Shown here one piece after another: positions 8,999 to 19,221 of a DNA stretch of 58,510 nucleotides. Position 1 is the first letter of the stretch; the number at the start of each line of letters is the position of its first letter. The position numbers and the translations under genes were made by a program. The stretch is from Bdellovibrionota bacterium (lineage in GTDB: Bacteria > Bdellovibrionota_C > UBA2361 > JBIIDM01), in assembly GCA_044238365.1 (NCBI GenBank), contig JBIIDM010000003.1, positions 1 to 58,510 on the forward strand. The letters run 5' to 3'. The notes under the pieces are model-generated. The model saw only the letters and a list, made by a program, of their open reading frames with translations. It did not search any database and was not told the DNA's origin.

Positions 8999-9364
8999 CT
9001 ACGCAGCGAGTAGTACATGGCGGAGCTTTTCCAGGGCCGCATACCCCAGCGAAGTTATAGACCAGACGGGAGAGGTTAGGTCGCCCTTGGGAACCGGGCT
9101 GACCATTTGTTGTCCTTCAAGGATATAGAGGTAACGCTGTACTTCTAGGATTTCTTTCAGGCCAATTCGCCTGGTGATTTCCTGAATATCCGTACCGGAA
9201 GGGGATTCAAATCTACCGACGACGTCGGTTGTTACTTGAGAAGCGAGCATTTCAAGTATCGCAATCTGTAATTTCGCTGCGTCGATCTGGGTGATAGGAT
9301 GTAATTGATCAAAGTTCACTGGCATGCTCCAAACGAAGTTTGTTTTATTATAGGTCGCGGACAA
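8999..9364 (-). CDS. Hypothetical protein (possible winged-helix-like)
   Basis: 121-codon ORF starting at TTG 9364, with an internal ATG at 9325. No motif recognised. Confidence 0.35.
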   Translation of the reverse strand: MSATYNKTNFVWSMPVNFDQLHPITQIDAAKLQIAILEMLASQVTTDVVGRFESPSGTDIQEITRRIGLKEILEVQRYLYILEGQQMVSPVPKGDLTSPVWSITSLGYAALEKLRHVLLAA

Positions 9365-10076
9365 GCTTAGTCAAACGCAGTATGAGAAATTAGGGCTGAA
9401 TATAGCTTTGATGTGCAGTGCCATCGTGATCCCAAGCGCCGGATTCGGAAGGGGCCAGGATCTTTAATAAAATTCAAGTTTCTGTAACCATTTTAGTATA
9501 TTAACTACTTGTGCCGCAGGTGGCGGTGAAATATTTGGTTTGTCAATGAGGGGTGGCGGAATCCAGGGGATATGCTTTCCTATGTTAGACACTCTAAAAT
9601 TAAAGGTTGGGGGGAGGCGGTCTTGTATTAATATCGAAGATGAGTTGTCAAAGTAGTTTGTCAGTGACCTTGATCCTGAGGTTTAACTGTCGTTATTCTC
9701 GCGACACCGTGCACTTGAGCACTACTCTCCTCCGCGTTTTTAGTGCCATCCAAAGGCTTTTATCCCGGGATCTGTATCTGTTTCGCCTTTTCGGTTACGC
9801 TGCACCCCGCAGCTTCGGGATTTAACCCGGATTATTGGCCTGTATCGAAACCATGAACCTGAGTTTGGCAGAAGAACTGAGATTGTGATTTTGGGACTTT
9901 CACGTGTTTTGACCGTAGGTCTGGCTGAGAATCTTGCTTTAGCGGGGCGGGGCAGCTCAGCTAAAAAGGAGGTATGTCTTCTGAATGATTGGGGCTTTCG
10001 GCTTGCAAGGCATATTCCCCTTTTCTAAGTGTCGTGCATTGTTGTGGTGGAACGGAGATTTGTCGAGGTGTTTAAT

Positions 10077-10252
10077 AACCTGAGTTCGATGTAAGAACAA
10101 AGGTAAATGGTTGAAATTGCTTTAGACACGAGGCATGAGTGATATAAAAGCGCAGGCTGAAGCTTGCTACGTCGAGCATTTTATATCATGAGCAACGAAG
10201 TGAATGAAGTAATTTCAACCATTTACCGCAGTTCTTACGTCGAACTCAGGTT
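10077..10252 (+). mobile_element. Family A MITE, full copy A3 (176 bp)
   Basis: About 7 differences from A2 by eye. Flanked by AAT/AAT. Ends 50 nt upstream of the opgG ATG. Confidence 0.9.
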
Positions 10253-10302
10253 AATAAGTGCAGGCGATTCGGTGAGGGGTGGTGTTTGTGAGCAGAGGGG
10301 CT

Positions 10303-11991
10303 ATGAGATATTTTCTGGCGGTTTGGATGTTGTTGGGTGGGTTAGGAGCCGTTTCCTGGATCTATGCACAGACTAATGGTGCACCCGGAAAGGAGGCACC
10401 TCAATTGAAAAAGGAAGCTAGGCCGATAATAAAATTGGTTCGTAATACCCCGGAGAGTGCTGAATTAGCAGTTACGAGCGAGGTCCCGACTCCTGTGGCC
10501 CCAACAGCTACTGTGATCCCGACTCCTACAGCGACCCCGATACCGTTCAGTTTCGATCAAGTTATTAACAAGGCACAGGCTCTATCAAAGCAACCGTTTG
10601 ATGATAGCGCTCAGAATGCTAATTCTGTTCTTGAGGGTTTGGAATACGATCAGTACCGAAAGATTCGTTTCAACCGTGCGGTTAATTTGCTTCCCGTTGA
10701 CGGCAATTTTCGAGTTGAAGTTCAGCCAACCGGATTTATTTTTAAGAAATATGTTCTGCTTCATATCCTAGAGGGTGATATTGAGCGACCCCTCGGGAAT
10801 ATAAGTTCATTGTTTGACTTTCACGAGCTTTCACCTGAGGTGGGGCAGGCGTTGCAGGTTTCAGGCTTTAAGGTGCTTTTTCCGCTTCATAATAATGGGC
10901 GCCGTGATGAGACTGTCGTGTTCCAGGGTGCGAGTTACTTTAGACCACTTGCAGCGGACCAGCAGTTTGGGGCCTCTGCCAGAGGTCTGGCCGTCGATAC
11001 GGCAAGTGCGAAGGGGGAAGAGTTTCCCTACTTTCGGGAGTTCTGGATAAGGACATCGGTTAAACGGCCAGAGCTTATCCGGGTGTTTGCTTTGATGGAT
11101 AGTCAAAGTCTAACGGGTGCCTACTCTTTTGTCGTGGCTCCCGGTAATAAGACGGTTATTGAAGTTGAGGCGCATCTTTTTCCTAGAGTCGGAATTGAAA
11201 AGGTGGGTATAGCGCCACTGACTAGTATGTTTGTCTTTGGTGAAACACCACATCCTCGCTTTAGTGACTATCGGAAAGAGGTTCACGACTCTGACGGATT
11301 GCTGATGTGGACTGGAAGTAATGAATGGCTCTGGCGGCCACTGCAGAACCCGTACCCTAACGGGGTACGGGTAACCCAGTACGTTGATCAGAATCCACAG
11401 GGGTTTGGTTTGATGCAGAGAGACGTTGACTACCAGGATTACCTGGACCTCGAAGCGAGATATGATCGCCGACCGTCTCTTTGGGTGTCTCCTAAGGGGC
11501 AGTGGGGGAAAGGTGCAGTCGAACTTGTTGAGATATCTACTGCCGAGGAGACAGTTGACAATGTAGTGGCCTATTGGGTCCCGCAGGCGAAATTGCCAGT
11601 CGGTAAGGCAACGGTAATAAACTACTCTGTCTCGGCTGTTGCGCGCAGCGAGCGACACCATCCCTTAGGCAAAGCAGTTCGGGTGAGAATCGGACATAAT
11701 CACGAGCCTGGGATGCCCTTAGACCGCCGTGGGGAGGACCGCATTTTTAGTGTAGATTTTACGGATGGCATTTTGGCCGAACTCAATGAGGATGAAGTAA
11801 CGGGTATCGTTGAGGCACGGAACGGGACCGTGAAGGACATTCGTGTTCAGAAGGACTGGGTTCTCGGTGGTATGCGTCTTTGGTTTCGTCTGACCCCCGG
11901 GGAAGGTGACACGGATATTCGAATGAGTCTCACTAAGGGACGGCAGCCCTTGACTGAGAATGTATTGTACCTCTTACTTAAAGAGGAATAG
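10303..11991 (+). CDS. opgG: Periplasmic glucan biosynthesis protein (MdoG/OpgG-OpgD family)
   Basis: ATG at 10303 after a GGGG-rich RBS. Signal peptide MRYFLAVWMLLGGLGAVSWIYAQ. MdoG-type core (..EEFPYFREFWI.., ..VDNVVAYWVP..). Immediately followed by opgH. Confidence 0.85.
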   Translation: MRYFLAVWMLLGGLGAVSWIYAQTNGAPGKEAPQLKKEARPIIKLVRNTPESAELAVTSEVPTPVAPTATVIPTPTATPIPFSFDQVINKAQALSKQPFDDSAQNANSVLEGLEYDQYRKIRFNRAVNLLPVDGNFRVEVQPTGFIFKKYVLLHILEGDIERPLGNISSLFDFHELSPEVGQALQVSGFKVLFPLHNNGRRDETVVFQGASYFRPLAADQQFGASARGLAVDTASAKGEEFPYFREFWIRTSVKRPELIRVFALMDSQSLTGAYSFVVAPGNKTVIEVEAHLFPRVGIEKVGIAPLTSMFVFGETPHPRFSDYRKEVHDSDGLLMWTGSNEWLWRPLQNPYPNGVRVTQYVDQNPQGFGLMQRDVDYQDYLDLEARYDRRPSLWVSPKGQWGKGAVELVEISTAEETVDNVVAYWVPQAKLPVGKATVINYSVSAVARSERHHPLGKAVRVRIGHNHEPGMPLDRRGEDRIFSVDFTDGILAELNEDEVTGIVEARNGTVKDIRVQKDWVLGGMRLWFRLTPGEGDTDIRMSLTKGRQPLTENVLYLLLKEE

Positions 11992-13743
11992 ATGAGAGCT
12001 AGTGGAAGTGTTTTAAGACGGTCAATTGTTATTGCTGGAGTGCTTGGGCCTTTGCTGTGGGTGGATCTAAAGTTGTATCAGGTTCTTTCCTCAGGGGGTG
12101 TAACATCGATAGATATCGTTGTCTTGGTGCTTTTCTCGCTTTGCATTATTCATTTGCTTTTTTCCTTTGTACTTGCGGTAGCGGGGTTTTTTCTCTGCTG
12201 TCTGCATCGGAATCCAGTTACCCTCGGGCTTGAGACATCCGATAAGACCGCAGCGGATCTTGAGTTTAGTCAAGTGAGGGTAGCGATTGCGGTCCCGGTT
12301 TATAAGGAAGAGCTAAGGTCGGTCCTTGAAAGGCTCGCTACGCTTTTTAAGGATCTGGAGTTCAGTAGGCTGCGCGAGCGGATTGATTACCATCTACTAA
12401 GTGATTCGCCCCAGGAATATGAGGAACTGGAAAGAGCTATCTGGCTCGAAGCTACTGAGCTTCTGGGTGCGCGGAATAATTTATTCTATCGGCGAAGAAA
12501 AAGTAATACGAAGAAGAAGTCGGGGAATATCCATGAATTTCTTGTTGATCATCATGCTTCCTACGCTTATTTCTGTGTGCTTGATGCGGATAGTACGCTG
12601 ACCGGCCAGGCCCTGATGAAGATGCTGCAGATTATTGATGGTGATGATACTATCGGGGCGGTTCAGACGGTTCCCTATAGTATTCGTGGTGAATCGTTGT
12701 TTGCGCGATTACTTGAATGGAATTCTCAAACTTACTCCAGACTATTTGGTTGTGGTTTCTCTTTCTGGCAGGGAGACCAGGCAAATTACTACGGCCACAA
12801 CGCCCTTATACGGACCGAGGCATTCTGGAACTTCTGCGATCTCCCCGAGATGCCGGGTAAGCCACCGTTCGGTGGAATGATAATGAGTCATGATTTCGTT
12901 GAGTCCGCTCTTCTGGTTAAGAAGGGGTATCGCGTTGTTATGCTTCCGTCTATAGAGGGATCGTACGAAGAGATTCCAAACTCCTTGGTTGATTTTCTTG
13001 TCCGCGACCGGCGCTGGATGCTAGGAAATCTCCAACATATCAAAGTTGCATATACTCTGTCCTTGTCATCGTTTTCGAGGTTTCAGTTAGTATACGGAGC
13101 CTATTGTTACCTGGCTTCGGTTCTGTGGTTTCTGTTTCTTTTAGCAGCGACGATCCAAAGTATTTTCTATCAAGAGACCCACGTCTACTTTTCGACGCCT
13201 CACCAGCTTTTCCCTGATTGGCCTGTGTCTCAGACTGTGGTAACGCTTGCGATATATCTTTTAACGTTGGGGCTCATTATTGTTCCCAAACTTTTGGGAT
13301 TAATTGAAAGGGCGATTAATAGAGGAAGCCGAATTTCGGCCGGAAGAGTAGGAGCTGCCGTTGTTAATTTCATTGTGGAATTTGTTTCGACTGCTCTTTT
13401 AGCACCTATAGTGATGATGTTTCATCTCCGTTTCCTGTGGGGATTTCTCCTCGGCCAGCAGGTTGCTTGGGATCCCCAGCAGCGCGGTCGGGCATCTAAG
13501 CCCTTGTCTTCCTATTTCGCTGATTATGGTTGGTTGACCTTCATAGGCTTTGTATGGTTTGGCGTAATTTTCTGGTCTGAAAGTCCACTTGTTTGGTGGA
13601 TTATCCCGGTTTTGGTACCGCTAATGTTGGCGCCAATATTGACCTGGATTATGGAAGGAAGTGCGGTATACAGGTTAGTGAGTAGGCTCGGGCTTTTTTA
13701 TGTGGCACAGGTACCCCGCGTGCATCTTGAATGGAAAAATTAG
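11992..13743 (+). CDS. opgH: Glucans biosynthesis glucosyltransferase H
   Basis: GT2 membrane protein with VLDADS and RDRRWMLGNLQH motifs, as in MdoH. ATG abuts the opgG stop (TAGATG). Confidence 0.88.
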   Translation: MRASGSVLRRSIVIAGVLGPLLWVDLKLYQVLSSGGVTSIDIVVLVLFSLCIIHLLFSFVLAVAGFFLCCLHRNPVTLGLETSDKTAADLEFSQVRVAIAVPVYKEELRSVLERLATLFKDLEFSRLRERIDYHLLSDSPQEYEELERAIWLEATELLGARNNLFYRRRKSNTKKKSGNIHEFLVDHHASYAYFCVLDADSTLTGQALMKMLQIIDGDDTIGAVQTVPYSIRGESLFARLLEWNSQTYSRLFGCGFSFWQGDQANYYGHNALIRTEAFWNFCDLPEMPGKPPFGGMIMSHDFVESALLVKKGYRVVMLPSIEGSYEEIPNSLVDFLVRDRRWMLGNLQHIKVAYTLSLSSFSRFQLVYGAYCYLASVLWFLFLLAATIQSIFYQETHVYFSTPHQLFPDWPVSQTVVTLAIYLLTLGLIIVPKLLGLIERAINRGSRISAGRVGAAVVNFIVEFVSTALLAPIVMMFHLRFLWGFLLGQQVAWDPQQRGRASKPLSSYFADYGWLTFIGFVWFGVIFWSESPLVWWIIPVLVPLMLAPILTWIMEGSAVYRLVSRLGLFYVAQVPRVHLEWKN

Positions 13744-13800
13744 CGGTCAATTTTTGTAAGTGTTCACTAGCCTGGCTAAAACAGTAGAAGTACTCGTTCA

Positions 13801-15012
13801 TCAGTTAATCTGGTTTAGAACAAAGGAAGCAAAATCCTGGTAAACCTTTTTTCGCTCGAAGAGATCTACCGCTATTTTTCGAGAGTTTGTTTTATAAAGG
13901 GATAGCAGATCTGATTCGTCGATCATCTTCGTTAGTATCGCATGGAGCTGCTCGGCATTTCCGGCCTGATAGTTCAAACCTATCGAGTGATTGTCGATAA
14001 AGGTGTCGAGCCCATCTGGAAGTGAGTTGGCTATTGCAAGTCCGGCACCTGCATATTCGCAGATTTTGTTGGTAAAGCTTTGAGGTGCGCCAGCAGCATA
14101 TCCATTTATCCCTATTGAGCTAGATTTTAGCCAGGCGACTACTTCAGTAAAAGGCAGGCGTCCAAAGAATATGGATGAGGGTAAGTGTAGTTCAGCTGCT
14201 AACGAGCGCGCTTTTTCTTCAAGTGGTCCAGAACCTAGAATCGCAATTTCTACTGATGGATGTGATTTTGCCAGCATACTAGCTGCTCGAACCATGGCTT
14301 CCACGTCATAGGTATGGCCAAGCGTTCCCGCAAAAACAACCCGGATCTTTTCGTCGTTGAATTTTGGTTCGACTGAGCTAAATATCTCCTCATCATAACC
14401 TAGATAGGCCACATGAGAGGGAATGCGAGGGTTCTGTCGGGTTCTCTTGGAAAGAGCCAGGTCCACGTATTGCGGCGATACGCCAGTTATTGCCGACGCC
14501 TCTCGATAGGCTCGTGCGCTCAATTTAAAGTAGGGAGACAAAAGAAGTGAGACTGGTCTATGTACCGATTTTGGGAACGGAAGTAAGAAAGCTTCTGGCC
14601 AGATATCCTGTACATCGATGATCACAGGAATCTTTCGTGGCTGAGCATAGCGAACCGCATTGGCAGCAGATTCAATTGGAGGTAGGCTTGCGAGGATTAC
14701 GTCTGGTTTAGGCGCCTTAAGGGCCTCCACATAGAATTCTCTACCATACTTATAACAGTTCCACAGTCGGTCAAACCCAATATTTCGCTTGTATGCAGGA
14801 ACGGGCAAGTACCGAATTTCTAGCCCCTCGACCGGATTCTGGATTGGCGCACGTTTTGATTTGCTTCCGTGATTGAAGGTGGAAGTCCACCAGACAACCC
14901 GGTGCCCACGGTTGATTAGTTCGCTAGCTAGGGTGCCGTACCGCGCGTTAGTTTCTTGTTCTCCCAGGATCTTGTCGTAAGGGTTAATAATCCAGGCAAT
15001 TTTTGATGGCAT
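13801..15012 (-). CDS. Glycosyltransferase family 4 (GT-B)
   Basis: 403 aa with GT4-like layout. C-terminal half has VVFAGTLG..., ..GSGPLEE.. and ICEYAGAGLAIA. Confidence 0.7.
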   Translation of the reverse strand: MPSKIAWIINPYDKILGEQETNARYGTLASELINRGHRVVWWTSTFNHGSKSKRAPIQNPVEGLEIRYLPVPAYKRNIGFDRLWNCYKYGREFYVEALKAPKPDVILASLPPIESAANAVRYAQPRKIPVIIDVQDIWPEAFLLPFPKSVHRPVSLLLSPYFKLSARAYREASAITGVSPQYVDLALSKRTRQNPRIPSHVAYLGYDEEIFSSVEPKFNDEKIRVVFAGTLGHTYDVEAMVRAASMLAKSHPSVEIAILGSGPLEEKARSLAAELHLPSSIFFGRLPFTEVVAWLKSSSIGINGYAAGAPQSFTNKICEYAGAGLAIANSLPDGLDTFIDNHSIGLNYQAGNAEQLHAILTKMIDESDLLSLYKTNSRKIAVDLFERKKVYQDFASFVLNQIN

Positions 15013-15147
15013 GGGGAGTTCCAGTTTAGAGGGTTTTGTTCCGGGGTACTATCCTTATTAAAGACAAAATGGTTCTGAGTCAACTAGTGAAGCGATCTAT
15101 CGAGTAGCTGAGTGATATCAACAGGATAATCATGCCTCTTGCGGCCC

Positions 15148-15987
15148 TTAGGAACTCACTGTCTTAACTCGTCTTGTTGCAAAAGATACATTGGACTGTC
15201 TTTTCAAATAAAAGGGATTAGATGTCTTTTCCAGCTCCTTAAAAACACCTTCAACATAAGTCGAGGCATCGGCTGCATCATCAATCCATTCATTAACCTT
15301 ATTGCCAGGAAATACTTTTTTAACTCCTGGCACGAGCCTCCACTGATGACCAACCTTGAGTTCGTCTTTGGAAGTTATTGTACTAGAAAAATAGACGTCC
15401 GCGTTGTACCCATAAATAATCGTTTTTGGTGTTATGTCAACTCCTTTTTGTGGGGAATTTTCATATACATTGGTAATACTGGCAAGTTTTGCTGCCGCCA
15501 GATATGGAACCATCAAGGGAGTAACAAGAGCACGCTGGTTTCCATGTGGATCATTCGCAAAGCCTTGTTCAGTGAGGAGCTTGTCAAGCTGGGGAAATTC
15601 CTTGCGAAGTTCCTGAACGCCCTTGTAGGAAATCTGAGAGTATCCCAATGTCGTATTTTTATCGGTCTTTCCTTCTTTAGCCAATTTGTCCTGTTTCTTG
15701 TCTTCATTATCGTAGTTTAAGATTTCAACTCTGATTACCGCCATTACATGGGGTGGAGTAATTCCATACTGCTTTAAGGCGGGAAACATGGAAATCGCCT
15801 GACTATATCGATTCTCATTGCCCAGAATCGTGTCTCTTATTTTGTTATCAATTTCCAGGTCACGTTTAATATGACTTTGAGATAAATATTCATTTCTTAG
15901 GTTCTGAGAAGAAGAAGGTACTGTTAGGTTCTGAGGATCACGTTGTTTGATGTCAGCGGTTGATGGCATACTAAGTAACGTTCCCAT
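15148..15987 (-). CDS. Hypothetical protein, no signal peptide, low G+C; weak lytic-transglycosylase-like segment
   Basis: 279-codon ORF. The antisense ORF 15139-15720 is Cys/Trp-rich junk. The segment VIRVEI...TTLGYSQISYKG is only faintly SLT-like. A spot GC count gave ~35%. Confidence 0.55.
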   Translation of the reverse strand: MGTLLSMPSTADIKQRDPQNLTVPSSSQNLRNEYLSQSHIKRDLEIDNKIRDTILGNENRYSQAISMFPALKQYGITPPHVMAVIRVEILNYDNEDKKQDKLAKEGKTDKNTTLGYSQISYKGVQELRKEFPQLDKLLTEQGFANDPHGNQRALVTPLMVPYLAAAKLASITNVYENSPQKGVDITPKTIIYGYNADVYFSSTITSKDELKVGHQWRLVPGVKKVFPGNKVNEWIDDAADASTYVEGVFKELEKTSNPFYLKRQSNVSFATRRVKTVSS

Positions 15988-16201
15988 GATACCTCTTCCA
16001 TAGTGGTTTTTGATATTTCTAACAAATCACTTAATCCGGGAGAATCAAAGTAAGAGCCGTTTTCTGTAGCTATTACAACATTCCAGGTAAGTATCTATCC
16101 ACCATTCAAATATGTTTGCTTCAGATAATGGCTGGGACTCGTTAATACCTCTATCCCGGTCTATTCAAGATCCAATGGCAAAGTCATTTAATCTCCCCTC
16201 T

Positions 16202-16328
16202 GTATACGTATCTGCTCATTAACCCGGGGCAAATCACTCACTTGAAATGGTAAAAGTACATAATTTCAAAATGTTGCGTATCGTGTATGTCTAATATGCC
16301 CCGGATTAATGAGCAGATACCTGTATAC
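16202..16328. mobile_element. MITE-like element, family F (single copy, 127 bp)
   Basis: ~31-bp imperfect TIRs: gtatac-gtatctgctcattaacccggggca ... tgccccggattaatgagcagatacctgtatac. Confidence 0.6.
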
Positions 16329-16417
16329 GACGTAACCACTTAATAGGACGCATAAATTCCTCTTAAATAGCCACCATATTGGTATTTCTCGGGCTTGGTG
16401 TTATGTCTGCGTTTAGC

Positions 16418-17281
16418 CTAGGTCAGTGCCGTAATGTACTTCCCAAGCTTTCCTGCTTCTGCCAAAGATTTCGCCAGCACAATTATTCCCAGCGCTTCCT
16501 CCCCTGGCCATTGCTGCCAATAATCAATTAAGCGTATCTTGGGCAGCGGTGAGCTCCAGACGTCCGTTTTCCAGGATGCCCACTCAGGGATTCCAGGTCT
16601 GGCTTGTATCAAGTGCTGACGATAACCAACGAGGGCCACCGGCAAGACGCTATGCATTAATCCGTAGCCCAGTATTTGGGAAAATGAGAGATGCGCTGAT
16701 TTATGCCACGGTGCGTCCACACGCCACATCTGGGACATTCCGGGTCCAAGGGATATGTATTGTTGAAAGAGCCCAAATATCTTGCGATCGTTGGTGTTCT
16801 CTGACGCCTTACTGCGGATTGCAGTTTGATTCGCTGTTAGTCTAACAGCCTGGGCAACCAGATTTGTCGCAATCTGTTCTTCACTGACGACTTCATCAAC
16901 TTTTGTCCAGGCAAAGTGGGATCTGTTCGTGCTGTCGTTAAGTTCAACGACGGTGTGAACTGCTACCTGAATTCGTTCTACGGCAAGGGCGACCTTTACG
17001 GATTGGGCGTCGGCGCTTTCGCCTAGTAGGTCGTCCCGAAGCACCACCACGCTTTTAGCGGTGGCAACCTCCGCATCTTTTAAGGAGGATGCTCGGGTTG
17101 GGTCTCCAGCAAGAACATAGACATTACGCACCTTGCCCACTTCCTTTACGGGTTGGTCAACGGCTTCACAGAGAACAAGGATGGGTCGGCTGGTGATTTT
17201 TCGGAGAGCATCCACCAGGTACTTTCCCCGCTCATTCCAACCGCAGATTATGGTATGTGATGAGAATACGTGTTTTGTCAT
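16418..17281 (-). CDS. Soluble RCK (TrkA-N-like, MthK-type) domain protein
   Basis: N-terminus SHTIICGWNERGKYLVDAL...YVLAGDPTRASSLKDAEVATAKSVVVL parallels the MthK RCK (HVVICGWSE...HGDPTR). No TM segment. Confidence 0.7.
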   Translation of the reverse strand: MTKHVFSSHTIICGWNERGKYLVDALRKITSRPILVLCEAVDQPVKEVGKVRNVYVLAGDPTRASSLKDAEVATAKSVVVLRDDLLGESADAQSVKVALAVERIQVAVHTVVELNDSTNRSHFAWTKVDEVVSEEQIATNLVAQAVRLTANQTAIRSKASENTNDRKIFGLFQQYISLGPGMSQMWRVDAPWHKSAHLSFSQILGYGLMHSVLPVALVGYRQHLIQARPGIPEWASWKTDVWSSPLPKIRLIDYWQQWPGEEALGIIVLAKSLAEAGKLGKYITALT

Positions 17282-17290
17282 ATTGAAAAA

Positions 17291-18412
17291 CTAAAAGTCA
17301 GATACCTGCGTAGCAGTAGCCAAAATAACGAGGGAATGGTCAGTAGCTAAGGTAACGTCTAAAAGACCACTAACCTCCGAGATAAGTTCAAGTGACCCAT
17401 GAAGCAGGAGGCCGATTACGATACCATTTCCATCATCGAAGATTGACGTAACCACGTTCTTTAACTGCATTCCTACGACTTTCATCTCACTTGCGAGAAC
17501 ATGATAAATTGATACGGAAGGATTTTCCGTAACGGTTTGAAGAGACAGTAAGTCCGAGATGAATGTGTAGGTTCCCGGAAATTCAGCGGTTCGTGCAAGC
17601 AGGTTTACTGAGTAGCTTGCAGGAGAGATTACCTCGTCGGCATAGGCGTTGCGAAAGTGTTCTTCGCTGTCGGCAGAGCAGCTTTCCACTATTGAAACAA
17701 CTTCAGGATGGATGTGTTCAATAGCGAGTAGCGATAGTAGCGACTTCCGATCAGCTTCTGCTGGCGAAAGTGTTCTATCCGGAAAAATTACAGCAATTCG
17801 CGCACCCCTTTTCCGTGACGTAGGCTGAAGGTCAGAGCGTCGCAGGATATCTGCGTCTGAAAACTTTCCTTTTAAATGATAAACAACATCGAAGATAGCT
17901 TCCGATCCCTTATCAATCGATTCATCCTCGCTGACTACTAGAAACTCCTGAGATCCAAGATTTCCATTTTTGAAGTCCTCGTTCAGCTCTCGCAGGAGCT
18001 CCCGACCTCGGTTGCTCCAACCAAAGATGATTACATGGTTATGAAAGACTGATCTTTGGCGCTTTTCCGTTATTACGTGTGAAGCAGAAAGTATGTGATT
18101 AAATGATGAATATACAAAAGCAGTAAGAATAGAAACAAATATAGCGCCGACCAACAGTATTACACTTGCAAGTGCCTTACCGGTGGCGGTTTTCGGTGGG
18201 TCCACATCAATCCCACTAAATACATATACTATGGACCGCCAGATTGAATTGTAGGCATCGTCATTCTCGATATTTTTAATAGCATATCCCGTTACCATTA
18301 CGAGAAGAACGAGCGCCAGAATGACGCTTAAAAGTGCATGGCGGCGAATCTTTAGTAATACGCCCCACTTAATCCGATCGAGGAACTTTATTACTTTTTT
18401 TCGCCAGGTCAT
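17291..18412 (-). CDS. MthK-like 2-TM ion channel with tethered RCK domain and non-canonical selectivity filter
   Basis: Two hydrophobic helices flank a pore-helix-like SIWRSIVYVFSGIDVDPP, where TVGYGD would be expected. Followed by NHVIIFGWSNRGRELL (RCK). Confidence 0.7.
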   Translation of the reverse strand: MTWRKKVIKFLDRIKWGVLLKIRRHALLSVILALVLLVMVTGYAIKNIENDDAYNSIWRSIVYVFSGIDVDPPKTATGKALASVILLVGAIFVSILTAFVYSSFNHILSASHVITEKRQRSVFHNHVIIFGWSNRGRELLRELNEDFKNGNLGSQEFLVVSEDESIDKGSEAIFDVVYHLKGKFSDADILRRSDLQPTSRKRGARIAVIFPDRTLSPAEADRKSLLSLLAIEHIHPEVVSIVESCSADSEEHFRNAYADEVISPASYSVNLLARTAEFPGTYTFISDLLSLQTVTENPSVSIYHVLASEMKVVGMQLKNVVTSIFDDGNGIVIGLLLHGSLELISEVSGLLDVTLATDHSLVILATATQVSDF

Positions 18413-19209
18413 TTTAATGACTCCGGTGAATAGATTAGTAGGCCATCGCGTTTGTTATATGACATCCACCACACCAAGTCGGGTGAGTTTAGTACGGTAT
18501 CCTTGTCTGGTGGATTTAGTGTCAGTTCACCGTTCTTTTCGTAACCGAGAAGGATTGCGCCGTTGTCGAATCCCAGAAGCGACAGCTCCCTGAATGTCTT
18601 ACCTGAAAGAGTCGGGGACAGAGTCGCCACATAGAGCTCATTTGTTACTTCGCTGAAGTCGAGCAAGTGGGCATATATGCGCGTTATCCCCTTATTTATG
18701 GCAGTTTGTGCCATAAGCTGCTCACAGACGGATTCTAATGAGACCACTTCAACGTCATCACCAATCATCTGACTCTTGATCGCTAAATTGATCACGTTTT
18801 CGTTTTCAGGACTTGTGATTTCAACACAGACCGGAAGGTCCGGGCGCAGGGTTAATGCTGCAAGCATCGAAAAAATTGCTCTGCCGTCGGCTTGGGCATT
18901 TTGCAGTGACGAACTCGGAATCAGGAGTGCTCGAGCCTTATGAAGGTCGGCCCGCCCTAAAACTTCAATTGAGTTTGGGTGTCCATGCAGGAAGTACACC
19001 TTCTCAAAATTCTCGCGCAGCGATAGTTTGTCAATAGACTCGTCGGTCACAATCAAGATGGGTCTAATGTCGTTTGAGCCCCGATGAACGTTGTCGCGCA
19101 GCTGGGTTATGATTCGAGTAACCCGCTCTGACCATCCTAAGATTACTATGTGATCGGAAAAACAACCGATCTGATATTCTTCGTTGAGCGGGGGAATCTT
19201 GCTTGTCAT
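18409..19209 (-). CDS. Soluble RCK (TrkA-N-like) domain protein
   Basis: DHIVILGWSERVTRIITQL..., then ..LHGHPNSIEVLGRADLHKARALLI. Its stop overlaps the channel start (ATGA at 18409-18412). Confidence 0.7.
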   Translation of the reverse strand: MTSKIPPLNEEYQIGCFSDHIVILGWSERVTRIITQLRDNVHRGSNDIRPILIVTDESIDKLSLRENFEKVYFLHGHPNSIEVLGRADLHKARALLIPSSSLQNAQADGRAIFSMLAALTLRPDLPVCVEITSPENENVINLAIKSQMIGDDVEVVSLESVCEQLMAQTAINKGITRIYAHLLDFSEVTNELYVATLSPTLSGKTFRELSLLGFDNGAILLGYEKNGELTLNPPDKDTVLNSPDLVWWMSYNKRDGLLIYSPESLK

Positions 19210-19221
19210 AGGATGGTCGTC

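Noticed and set aside
15139-15720. 193-aa plus-strand ORF overlapping the 279-aa minus-strand ORF
   Set aside because: The Cys/Trp/Phe-rich translation has no structure-like pattern, and the minus-strand frame is longer and protein-like.
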